The notes beneath the pieces are model-generated. The model was not told the DNA's origin. It made no database searches and worked only from the letters and a program-made list of their open reading frames with translations. From the NCBI GenBank assembly GCA_036172245.1, contig JAYWIR010000039.1, positions 186,001-250,000 on the forward strand: a DNA stretch of 64,000 bases. Reading direction: 5' to 3'. This DNA is from Raillietiella orientalis (lineage: Eukaryota). Made by a program: the position numbers and the translations under genes. The stretch's first letter is position 1; each line of letters opens with the position of its first letter. Shown one piece after another: positions 52,180 to 63,927 of this stretch.

Positions 52180-53290
52180 ATGACGACGGGGACCGGCCTC
52201 TATTTTCGACACCTAAGGGAGCCCGACAGCGCGGGGGATCGGGAGGCGCGGTTGCGAGGCAACGGACGGAGATCCGCGCGGGCTTCCTTGCCAAGATGCC
52301 GGCGGCGGCTTTCGCAGCATCCTCCCGACGAGAATGGGACCGCCGCGCGCCCGTCTGGGAGCCGAGGACGCCGCCCGGTGGCTTACCAACCAGATGGAAG
52401 AGCCCGGAAGATTCATCTACTTCTTCCAGCCGTGACCGGGGATTTCGGTCCTGGACAGCGGGGGAGGTGGAGGAGGGGAGGGAGAAAAGGCGTTCACCTT
52501 CGAGCGGATCCCAGGCCGCGTGATTCACCCTCAACGTGCCTGTTCCAAAGGTCATCCAGGCGAGGTACTGTGAAATCACTGCACCACCGATGCGATGATC
52601 GATGATTCAGTGGGAAGAGTGACATCAGAATGTTCGAGAAACGCCAGCGGTGGCTTCCATGCACGAGGAGGGAGCCGCCGCAATCGCGGAGCCGCTCAGC
52701 GGGTGCTCGCGCAAGTAGCCGCGCATGCAAGGAGAGGGGGGAAAAAAATAGCGACCAAGGTGTTGCAGGAAGGGAAGGCGTGATCGCCTCCCGAGATGTA
52801 CGGGTTGGCCTTGGAGACCGCCTCTTCGACTTTCCGGGAGGACCCTAAAAGAATTTCCGGGATACCTGTCCGTGAGACGCAACGCCTGAAGGTGGCACAC
52901 ACTGACCGACACCTCAGGCAAAGCGTTCTTGGAGACCACTTTGTTCCAAGGATTTGGATGCCGCACGTGGAGCCGTGAAAAAGAACGGATTTTCCACGCA
53001 GCATCCCTCCGTCTCCATGCCCACCTCGGTCGTCGTTTTTGGACCCGATCGCGCTGGGGACCAAGCAGGCGAAAACAGGCGTTCGCGTGCCTCCAGGCGC
53101 GATTCGGGGAACGGGACTCGCAGGTCGGCGCCTGGAGCTCGAGCGAGTGCCTAGTGCGACGCACTGCCGCGGTCTGCGCTCGGTCGCGCTCCACGCTTCG
53201 CCCTGGAGCGGCGCGAGTCAGTTCCAGGATAACCTTGGAGTCAGCCACCCGGCGTGGCACAGAGCCTGAGGGTTAGTTCTCTTCTGGAGG
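52180..53290 (-). mobile_element. Degenerate L1/Tx1-clade late-RT/post-RT fragment
   Basis: KSV...IQILG (KS..KxLG, ~52950), CNTLVA (~52760), YLAW...DPLEG..LP (FxW...PxxxGGLxLP, ~52560-52480). Confidence 0.5.
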
Positions 53291-53307
53291 ATCGGTCGCC
53301 CGAGGTC

Positions 53308-56300
53308 GTTTCTTACCCGGTTGCGCCGGGACATTTATTCACGAATGAACAAACCATCTGGGAACAATGTTCCCAGGAAAAGGGAAAAGAAGTTCAAGGA
53401 GAGACCTCCCCGACACTCAGGTCAGGCACATTGAAAGCCTGTAACGGGAGGGAGAGGACAATAAATAAATGCAAAAAGATATGGGGTGGGTGGGGAACAG
53501 GGGGTCTTTGGTATCGGTCGTCCCTTCTCAGAGCCGGCGCTGAACGTCGCCCGAGGTCGTCGAGCTGGCGCTACGTACCGGCTATGCGGGAGGGTGGGAG
53601 ACGGGTCAGTCGTTCAGTCGTCCCGCCGAATTGGTTCGCGAGCGTCCCCGGAGCTCTCAGTTCTTCGAGAGCACCATCGCCCTTCCTGGAGACGCAGATT
53701 CTCTGTGGCCAAATCCTCCGTTGACCGATCTCACTCCTGGGAGGCAGAAGGCCAGTGTGTCGTTGCCAGGTTTTCGTCCCTCTTTCCTTCCGCGCGCCCT
53801 CTTGAAGGTTGCCCCCATGTTCTTTCGAGCGGGGTTCCCCTCTCTTCCGGACGAGATCAGGTCGCGATGGTGACCCTGAGCCGGGTGTTTCTTGGCTGCT
53901 GACCGAGATCCCCACCGTTCGTGGAACACTCGCCCGATGCAGTGGATCAAGGCTGCCTGTTCCCTGGTGCGTGCCTGGAGGCATCGCCCGCAAGGTTTTG
54001 TGATGCATGGCAGTTCGTGACCCATTAGAGACGTCGGCGGGAGTCCACCTCCCAGTCGGCTTCCCGACTGGACCAGTATGAACGAACCTTTGGCGAAGCT
54101 CAGGTGGCTCCCGCCGAAGACAGGAAACTTCTAGCGCTGTGGAACAAATAGAGAGTGGGTTAAAACGATGCTCTCCAGACCCCCTGGAAGGTGCTGGCCT
54201 CCATGAGCAACGGGAGGCTGGCAGCCGCAGAAGTTGGAATCCACTGAAGAGTATGAGACAGGACTCACCTGCCAAGGCAGTCGTCCCTGAGGAGTCTGGC
54301 GAGCACCATGGTGAACAGTTTTGAGGAGGCTGGCGGTGGTGCAAACTAGAACAGGGAGCTGGGAGTAGGGCCGAAAGACGAATGACACCACCCAGTGGAG
54401 GTGCTGCTCTACTCCGAAGTTTTCCCTAGGGTAGCTGGCACAATTGAAAGCGGAGACGTGGGGAGTCTTACCCGGTAAAGCGGGTGACCGAAGGGCCCTA
54501 GATCGAAATGACCTCGACTTATTCTTGGAGCTTGGAGGAGGTGAGTGGTCTGGGTTTCTAGAACTCTGAAACTTGAGGCGTCGGACCTGCGTCGGAGGGC
54601 TACCACTGGTTTCAATTTGGTGAGCAGAACTGGCGCTGGTCGATGAACCCGAAAGTGGATTGCGAAGAGCCAGGAGTGGCGCTAATCCGATCTCACGGAA
54701 GGCGCTGGTTGCTATGGACAGATGGTTTGACAGAACACAGTCTCCTCAAATGCCTGGAATCGTCCGAACTCCCATGTCACTCGGGTACTCCAAGGAGAAA
54801 GGCAATAGGAAGTCGCCTGCCCATTCGGGAACCTGGCGGCAGCTGCAGAGAATCCAAGATGGCGGTAAAAGGAGAGAACATGTCCAAGAAATGGCTTTGC
54901 ACATCCGCTCCAGAAGAGTCTTGGCTTCAGTAGGAGCGCCGCAGGATTCCTATGAGCCAGGAAACCACGAAAGTGCTGGAAGAGCAGCAGATGCCTCGGC
55001 TCCAAGCAGAGCACCTCAGAAAGGAGGCGGTTCGCTCCGGCACCCAGCACGCTGAAGGAGGTCTCACACAGGAGACGCGCGCACGTGACCACTGGCAGCG
55101 AGAAGAGACCCCTTTGAAGACCACAGTCCTGTCTGTAGGAATGGATCGAGGGGATAATCTTGCGGAGGCGATGCAAAGAATCCCTTTTTCGCCTGTGAAT
55201 CCCAGGCGCTCCGACGAAGGTTTCGCGCCCTCTGCAGAGACTACCAAAGGAGAGCCAACCCGCTGCTTGGGTTGGCTCTCCTTTTCCTCAAAACGGAAAG
55301 CGGGCAAAGGTCCAGTAGGCGAGCAGCCGGTGGCCATGCCTTCGGCATTTTGTCTGAGGCCAAAAGGCCGTCCTCGGAGATCAATATGCAGGACTGTCGC
55401 ATGGAACTTTGCCCAGAAGGGAAGAAACCATTCCGTGAATCGTCGAAATCCTTCTTCCTTGAGACTGGCGGCTGGAACGCATCTCAGTGGGAAGACCCCA
55501 TGGTCGATGGGAACGGGAGCAGACCTGGTTGATGTGGCGCAACTTGATCATCTGCCCGGGAGGAAGGGGGGCAATCGCCCACCAGAGATGGAGCAGGTCA
55601 CCTGTGCAGAGGATACAAGGATGGAACGAATCACAAGGGCGCGTCCTCAGCGAGTCAATCATGGATCGCAGAAAGGCACAAGAACCCGGTGACCCCGGTC
55701 AAGAGGGCTATCCCGGGACACCCAGAGTCGATTGCCTCCAGCCATCCCATGCAAGACGGCGGCAAACTCGGAACGGAGTTCAGCCCTGGAGCTCCAGGCC
55801 GCCGAGAGGGTGGTCACACTGGACCTGCCTCTCTCCCGCTACTGCTCGGCGGCGTCTCCGGAAGAGGAGAGGCCCAAGAGGAGGAGGCAGACCCGGCGTC
55901 GAGGAGTGGCCGTCCCATTCGCCTCTGAGGAAGCGCCCGCAACGCTGGGGGAGTCCGCCGTGGGTTTTCCCTTCTTTTCTTTTGATTCCCAAAGTGCTGA
56001 AGAACCGTTCGCCTCTTTGCGAGGAGCCCACGAAGGTCTTTGACGAGGTCAAAGGGTTCTTCGTGTTCACTCTGCAAGTTGTAGGTGATGACTCCGGAGG
56101 GACCACCCTGTGAATCCGGAAAGGCTCCGGAGGAAGGATTCTGCTCCTCTTGCGCTTGGTAGGGTACCCCGAAGAAATCCACTTCCTTATTCTCTCCGGA
56201 GGGACCCCCCGGAAAGAGTCCGCTCCTAGTTCCCTCCTCGGAAGAGAACCTCGAAAGGACGCTCCCCGATTTCTCTCTGAAGAGGCCACTTCCCGAAGGG

Positions 56301-56922
56301 AGCAGCGTGCTTCTTCACACGCTGAAGAGGCGTCAACCAATCAGCTCCATCGAAAATGAGGAGAAAATGGAGGGTGGGTCAGGGTCGTCCCCTGACCCAC
56401 CCTCCACTTTCACAACCGGGTGGGAACCCAGAAGAGCTCCTCGATTCCTGGGAGGACCCCGGAGGATCAACTTCCGATCCCGATCAGTCAACGGGGAGCA
56501 TCCGACTTCTACCAGTGCCGTGCCCACCGAGGGCAGCCAGCGCCACCCTGCGTGGGGGACTCGAAACCCGCGACGCGCCTCCCCGTTGTCGTCGTCGATG
56601 CCTCGTTCCGGGCGGGATTCGAATTCGCGACGCGTGGCGCCACGTGCACGGAGGCCGCCGCAGCCACGTGGACACCAGCCCAGGTTCGTGGGCTTTCCAT
56701 CCCTCCAGCCTCCCGACCGGCGGAGCACCGAGAGCGTTGCCGCGGAAACAGGGCGGACCGCACCACGAAGGCAGCGGCGTGCTCGAACATTCGATGCTCC
56801 CGGGGTGCACATCAGAAAGCGCTCGGGATGGGTCACCGCCCGTCGTGAAAGAACCCGCAGTCTCGTGATTGGGATGAGCCGAAGACAATGGAAGTTCGGT
56901 GGATCTTCTCCATCTTCGCAGG
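53308..56922 (-). mobile_element. Near end-to-end but internally deleted L1/Tx1-clade LINE (~3.6 kb); contains direct-repeat copy 2 (55666-56922)
   Basis: Putative ORF1 remnant, then TTLSAAWSS (EN start), AKFHATVLHID (GDFN region, ~55400), RT remnants (~54030-53700), then directly the 3'UTR similar to 22191-22430. Terminus AATAAATGTCCCGGCGCAACCGGGTAAGAAA. No zf-RVT seen. Confidence 0.7.
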
Positions 56923-58619
56923 TCGTCTGTTCTCTTCGTTTGTGTGCAGCCCCTTTCTTAATGCGGACGCAATTAACAAGAATTTGGAAGACAAGTCGTT
57001 GCTTTGTGCATCTTTTTAGAGCCGAGTGAAGCTGACGAACGTTCTACTGAGCTCCTCCAGCATCCGCGCGCTCACCCTTTCCCATGCAGCACTAAGTCTG
57101 CAATCAGAAGAGCTCAGATGGTAGCCGTGGCAACAACGGTTTGCTTTTGCAATTGCGCGCAAATGACTGCTTGATGGTTACTAATTGCTGAAGAGTAGCG
57201 AGGATAGTAGTAAACAAGCTGCAAGTCTTCAGGTCAGAAAGGGTTCAGGGAACTTTAATGGCGTTCCAATGATCGTTAAGTGTCCATGCTTTCTGTGCGT
57301 GACAGGTTTTCATAGTGATGGATTCCGCAGCATTTGCATGCTGGAGTGTTTCGGCCTCGCCACGAGTCGCAGCGCCTAATTTGACGTGTGGCCGATCGTC
57401 CTTCCCACTCTCCCTGTTTTCTGCAGCATCTCCTTTCGCTCGGCGTCACTCCGCAGGAAAAGAGAGCTCCCACGCCGCCGCGCGTGCGCACGACGGAACC
57501 CCGAAGCGCGCCCGATTTTCTGCTTGCTGGTTTTTAACCAGCGGTCTCTCCCGCTTCTCCAGAGCCAGCATCTTCCGAGGCTCTGGCGCGTTTGGCGGGG
57601 GGAAATTCAGATTCCTGTTTTCGCACATTCGGAAGGAGGCCGGGAACGAAATTCTCTCCCACTCTCCCCTTTTTTTCTCTCTCTCTCGTATCTTCAGGGG
57701 CTCAGAGACGAACGGACGGAGCCACGCGACGCGAGAGGACGCGCGATCACGTGAGATGCCACCGATGAGGCGTGATCCATGCGAGCCAGCCTCCGAGAGG
57801 AGCCCGGCGTCTCCGGATCGTACGCTTGGAGAGAGAAGAGGCGGCAAGAAGCGCCGAAGAAGTACAAAGGAAACGTTTCCAGGCGATTCGCTGGCTCTGT
57901 CGAGGAGTGAGCGGCGGCGGTGGCAGCAGCAGCAGCACGTAGGTTCAAAGACCTCCAAGTGTACCGCGAGTCTCCTCACCAAAGGCGAAAAAAAAAAGAG
58001 AAAACAGACATCAACATATCTTCCTTTGCACCCTGCAGGAAGCTGCTCTGGATGGTGTGGCCGAGACGGGATTTCTGGGATAGCGGCCCAACCACCGAGA
58101 AACTCGAAAAATCCGAGGGAACGCACGGCGTCCTGGAAGGAGAACCGACTCCAGAGCGCTGCAAAAAGGTGCTGCCGCCAGACGGAGTCGGTGGCGTGGA
58201 GCACCTAGAAACTAAGAAGCGGACGGTCGGCGAAAGGGGAACGAGGGGAGGGAAGGGGGAGGGAGGGTCGTCCAGAAAACCTTCGGCAACACCGAAAGCG
58301 CGGCGCCTCCCCTCTGGTGATTTCGCCGCTTCCGAAACAGGGAAGCGGAAGTCGGGAGGGCTCTGGGGCGTGAAACCGGAAGGTGGAGAAACCAGGAGGA
58401 GCAGTAGTTTCGAAGGGAACGGGGGATGCACCCGCGTCCCCGAAAGGAAACTCTGTTTCCCTTAACTGATGCGAAAGATGGCGGACCTGTGGAAATCCGA
58501 TCTAGGGAGCACGCAGCCGGCCGAGTTCATTCCATCTCGCGAGCGTCTGATCGCCACATCCGGTTTCGTGTCAGCTTCCGCATCAAAAGCCACCTGGCCT
58601 CGGGGAACTCAGGTGACAG

Positions 58620-59060
58620 GAACAGATAGCGCCTGCTGAGACGGCACCAGGGTTGCCATCTTTACGGAACGACGGATTTTTTCCACAACCGCACCCACCG
58701 TACCCAACCTTCGAACGTGTGTTCAGGCGATTGGCCCCACCTGACCACACGGCCCTTGGAGTGCATCCCGGCTGCTCGCAGATCTCAGATCCTGGAGGGG
58801 AAAGAAGTGCTCCACCGCTCCTCGGGGAGCAAAAGGTACCGGGTGGAGCGAACAACGCCGTGAAGTCCCTTCGCGGCCTCCAGAGAATTCCCGGCGCGTT
58901 CTTGCCGAGCGCCGCCCGTACTTCCTCTGAGCGTTGCCAAGATCTCAAGAAAGTGCGCCGACCATGCAGTTTCCTCCATGAAGGACAGCAAAGGGTGGCA
59001 ACTCCGGAGATCGTGTTGCCGAGCAGAGCTCGGTCGGTGACTCTGGTATTGATGCGGCTT
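58620..59060 (-). mobile_element. L1-clade RT core fragment (subdomains ~3-5)
   Basis: HFLEILATL..., EQPGCTP (VRQGCPL), SFRKDG. 58758-58950 is a diverged direct repeat of 61002-61197. Confidence 0.55.
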
Positions 59061-59299
59061 GGCTTCTTTCGGTGCGAGGAGGAAGAACGAAGGGAGGGAG
59101 GGGGGGAGAGATTTGTCTCTCCGCTCGGCGTGCAAATGCTCAGTTCAGGAGGTCGCGTTGCAGCTGCTGGAGGTGTGCAGATGAACGTGGGCTGCTACGA
59201 ACTTGGAAGCAGCTCGTGTGGAGCAGGGACTTCCAGAAAAAGTGGGCAGCGTGAACGAGATGGGTTCTAAACGTTCCCTCAGGCCGGTGCCGGAAGAAG

Positions 59300-62050
59300 C
59301 GACCGAGAGGCCGGCGTCTCGAATCCGCTTTTGCACCTGAGAAGCATTCCCCAAACATACGACATCCTTAAGAAAAACCAGTCCACCTTCTTCACAGGAG
59401 CTCTGGCTTACGCTCCTTTCCAAGAATCGATGCCAAAAAAGCGCCAAGCCCTTCCTCTCCAGCATCCCGACCTCTGCGCCTGAAGAAAATCAATATCCCA
59501 TGCAGATAACGCGCGCAAAGTACCCTGGTCGCATCCACAAAGAAGACACTGTGTCTTCTGACCAGCGTGCTGAAGATCCGTCTGATGATTCGTCCTCTTA
59601 CCAGAATTCCGACGACCAGAAATTTCTTGCGCACTTTCGCAACCGTGAAGCTGTTTATGTCTCCCTGCAGCTTTGCTCCGGGCCTCGTCTGCTTCTGCGA
59701 GGCGCGCGCGGAAGGCCACCTGCAGCACGGATCCGGGATGCGGAGGCCGTTTTCCTCCCCGCCGGGATGCCACCGCGCCAGACGGACTTTGCTTCGGCGG
59801 AAAGGCAGAGGAAGCGCGGAGGTTCCGGAGGAATACCCGCCGCGTCCTGGGGAAGCCGCGAGGGATTTTTCGCCGTCTGGTCCAGAAGTTCCACCCGCTC
59901 ACTGTCAGGCAGACCGCGAGCTGCCTGCACCGCTAGGCTAGATGACCTTCAGCTCGCGGGACAGGGAGAGAGCAAACAGGAAACTGCGCGATCGAAGCTC
60001 GCTGCAGTTTGTGCACGCGATACAGCGTCCACGGCTCGCTAGGTTCCAGGGTCACTGTCGGATGCTGCGCTGTGCCTTTCTCCTCTCTTCCTGCTTATCT
60101 GATGCGGGCGTCACACGCAGCCGTCGACTCCTAACGAGGCAGAGTGCACGCTGCCATGCCCGCTCCTTTTGACTCTTGAGCAGCTCAAGATGGATCCTGC
60201 CGTCTCCTAGCAGAGAAACGCACTCCCGGAACACGTTATCCACTAAAGCCCTTCGGCAAGGAGCTACGTTAATCAGGTAGGCGTGACGTACACGGCAAGG
60301 AGTAGGGATGAGGTACGGCAGCAGCTCGTGACCCACTTCTTCCTCTGGAACGAACGCGCTCTCTCGGCGCTGTTTTCTCTCAGGATGACCTTTGGTGATG
60401 CGTTCTGTTAGACCGAGACAGAGGTCATCCCCACCTTGAGCTCCAAGCTGGGGACTCGCAGGAGATTCGCTACGGAGAGGAGACGTTCGCGGAGCTCACC
60501 GTATCACCTGAGGCCCATGGCGCACGGGGAGGGTTGCAGATGGTTCGGCCGGCGGTCCGGATCCGTGGAGCGCGTGTCGTGAGCGTCACCGTGGGGACGG
60601 ACACGTTCGGAAAGGGTTCGGGCGTACGGAACGAAAAAACGTGCGGTCTGCGTCCGAGAGAGGTCTGCAGATTTGCTTGTGGTGAAGCGGACCTTTGGGT
60701 GCTCCGGTTGTCTGAGGCGTGGGCTGTCTCTCGAGCTTCAGCTTTTGGCAGCTTTTGCAGCTTTTGGCTTCGCGTGGGCGATCGGCCGGACCTTCCCTCT
60801 CCTGGAGTCAGTCTCATGGCGCCGCCAGTGGCACTGTGCTGAGCTCCGCAACCGGCGCGCAGGATCGTCTCTTCCGGCTCCCGAGTTCCTTCGAGGGAGC
60901 GGAAGACGGTAGTGTAGGGGGAAGCGTCAGGGTAGCTGGTGTGCGTGTTCTGCGCTGAAGGAGCCGAGAGTGGCCGAACGAAGAATCGAGTGCGAATAGC
61001 CGGGAGTGCATCCCAGCTGCTCGCAGATCCTAGAGGGAAAAAAAGTGCACCGCCGTTTCTCCGGGAGCAAAAGGTCTCGGGTGGCACGAGTGACGTTGCA
61101 AAATCGCTTCACGGTCTCTAGGGAATTCCTCCCGCGGCAGTGTGTTCTTGCCGAGAGCCGCCGGTACTGCCGCTGAGCGTCGCCAGGATCTCAAGAAGCT
61201 CCAAACCCCTCGCCGGCAGCCCTTCTCGATGGAGGGGATTTAGGGCAGGAGGGTACTTGCTGATGGGTCCGACTCCACCCCAACGAATGCAAGATTACAT
61301 CAAGCATCGAAAACAGCAGCAGCAGCGACAACCGGGAGTGAAGGTCAGGTCTCTTCATCTTCCCTTTTTGTGTGCACAGCATGCGACGACATGGCCTTCA
61401 GGAGCATTTGGATGCAGACTCCAAGCAGATGTGACCTAGACATCAGCGGGAAAGCTCATGGTCACTGTCAGCGTTGGCTGCCCCCCCCCCCCTTTCCCCG
61501 AAAACAACAGACTGGACCATCACGTTCCTTCCCGTGTCTCTTAGCCATTGCGTGGTCGGGCACCCACTGAAGGAATTACGAGCCACTCAGGCATTCCCTC
61601 CGCTTGGACGAAGGAGTGGCTTCCGGTCGCGTCCGGGATGGCGCAGTCGTCGTGAAGAACGGAGAGCTCCGGTTTGAGCCAGCAGTACCTCTCCTGGGAA
61701 GCTCTCCTCGGGAGAGGAGTGTCCTGTTAGCTATCGCATCAGCATCACAAGAGGCGGAGGAGGAAAGGCTCCAGCGAGATGTCCAGGGTGCCGAGGAACC
61801 CGTCCCATTATGTCTTCCAGACCATCCGATCCTGCGCGTGAGGGAGGAGGTGCTCCAGGCGAGGCTGCATCCCTCTGAACTTCCCTCCTGGGGGAGGGGA
61901 AGAGGGAGAGCTCCCTCTCCGGAGCTGTGGTGGTTCTGGAGCTGCAGATGACCCACAGAGTCGGACGGGTTTTCCTTGCCTCTTCACCTGCCACATTTCC
62001 CTGGAGCAGTCCCGCTCCGAGTGCTGCGGTCGTCCGGGAAGCGTAGTGTC
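59300..62050 (-). mobile_element. Degenerate L1-clade RT plus post-RT region
   Basis: WSTSSL (WRPISL, ~61850), CEQLGCTP (~61015), AWQRALCL (WxxRxLSL, ~60150), CEEGGLVF (~59385) in order. Confidence 0.5.
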
Positions 62051-62716
62051 TTTGCCTTGAGGCGCAGCGTTGTCGTGAATGGTGGTGCCATGAAGCGGGA
62101 GAGAAGGAGCATTCGGGAAGAGGTGGGATGGCTGATGACATAAGGCGTCGCTGCTTGTTCTTGGTGGCTGCAGGAGTTTTTCTTGTGATGCCGCGGAGTG
62201 GGATGCAGGCGGGTGTGGTGGTTCGATGCCTGGAGTTGCGAGGGTGGTTTTTTGAGTGCTGTGTTTGGGTGTGTATTTCCTGTGTTATGTAACTGTTATG
62301 GAAGATACTCCGGGCGCAGCGTTGTCGCGAAGATACTACATCTGAACTCATCCCTTCCATCTCCAACTTGCTCTCCCCTATCCTCACAACCATCGACCCC
62401 TCACGAACCGAAAGGACAAACAAAAGAAAAGATGCAGAAGCCGTAGCCCTAGAAACGCCCCTCCGATGTCGTCCCTCCACCCCCCATCCCAGCACATACA
62501 CTACAGTCACCCCTATGGAACCCCCCCTCACTTCCACCTTCAAAAAATGAACCCTTCCGCACACCATGCCTTGGTGATGACCGGTGACAGGGGAGTCCCT
62601 GGTCCAAGATCAATCCAAGGTCAGGGGAGCTGATGACCCTTCCCGTGAGGGCACTGGAGTCTTCTCAACCTGATCCCGTTCCGCTTCAGAAAAGGAGGGG
62701 CTCGAGCGGCTGGAAG

Positions 62717-63245
62717 TTTTTTTCACCTGGTTACTCCGGGACATTTATTTGATAAAAAATAAACCAGTTGGGAACACCGCTGGTTCCCAACCGAAGACAA
62801 CAAGAAATAAAGGGGAGGGTCTACCGGCACGCGGGCTGGGACAACAGAGAGTCCGGAACAAGGGAGGGACGACAACAAAAACAAACAAAATGGGTGAGAA
62901 GGGCCAGGGATCTTTGGGTTCGCTCCGTATTCACCAGGATAAAAACGAAAAGCATCAAGAAAGTTACGGAGCGGATGTGGGTGAGGAATGTGCAAATAAT
63001 AAGAAGAAGACAGGGAGGGAGGGGAAATGGATCACCGGGTCCGCCGTTCCAAGCCATCCATCAACCGGCAGTGAATGCCGGTGATCTCCTTCGCTTCCTC
63101 TTTCAGGTGAGGCCATCTCGCAGCCTCCCTGATGTAGGTGACTGCCATCCTGATGACCTCCCTTCGCTGCGTGGTGATCTCTAGCATCTATCGGGTCCCA
63201 ACAATGACATGGATGCAACCCATGGCTGCTATCATTGCGCCTCGC
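62717..63245 (-). mobile_element. Short 5'-truncated L1/Tx1-clade LINE tail
   Basis: RGAMIAAMGCIHVIVGTR*...VIRMAVTYIREAARWPHLKEEAKEITGI, then 3'UTR resembling 22220-22380; terminus AATAAATGTCCCGGAGTAACCAGGTGAAAAAAA. Confidence 0.8.
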
Positions 63246-63927
63246 TGGTACTGCACTGGCTGGCACGCGCGTTGCACTGGGGTCTCCCGTGCAGCGTGCG
63301 CCAGCACCATTGGACGAGGGGAAGCACATCGCCGAACTGTGCCAGGTATGGGGAGAAGGAGACATTCCCCCACCTCTTAGTTCAGTGCGTCGTCCTCCGG
63401 AACTTGTGGGAATGTTTCCCCGCGTCCTTTCCTCACCCCGCGGGCGATCCCAGAGACTCTTTGAGGCGCCTCTTCGTGCGGGACGCCATGACGCCCGCAG
63501 CCGCAATCGCAGCGCTGTGCTGTGTGTGCGGTGTCGTCGCGGCGAAGTGCGACGCCGAGGGTGGCCGAAGCGACGGGGGGACTGTCCTGCACGCCATCCG
63601 CTTCCTGCAGATAACTTCGAGGTGGCCCCACCTGGAATGGAAGAAGGAGGAGCTCGCCAGTATCCTTCAATGGATGCAGAGGCCTTAGCCACCACGAAAT
63701 GTGATCCCTTCCCTTCCCTCCAACTAATTTTTTTTTGTTAGTTTTTATTGTTTGTTATAGTTTGGTTCCTTTTTTTCTATTTTTGTTTCATTCCCTTTCC
63801 CCTTCGTGGACGTGATGGACCACCCCAGCTCCTATATTTCCTGTAGTAATAATTGCAATCGGTGAGCCTTTTGGCTCCATCGATTCCTTCAAGAGGAATA
63901 AACGCCCCGGCGCACCCGGATGTGAAA
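63246..63927 (+). mobile_element. 5'-truncated L1/Tx1-clade LINE tail with the best-preserved ORF2 C-terminus
   Basis: Uninterrupted LHWGLPCSVRQHHWTRGSTSPNCARYGEKETFPHLLVQC...RWPHLEWKKEELASILQWMQRP*; terminus AATAAACGCCCCGGCGCACCCGGATGTGAAA. Confidence 0.88.

Noticed and set aside
50997..52523. 508-aa ORF, the longest in the track
   Set aside because: It is low-complexity R/G/A/S/P-rich with no recognisable domain or splice structure. It overlaps an antisense LINE fragment, and long stop-free frames are expected in GC-rich DNA.
48537..56922. LTR retrotransposon reading of the 1.25-kb direct repeats
   Set aside because: No TG...CA ends, PBS or gag/pol/integrase motifs; the interior consists of non-LTR fragments in both orientations.
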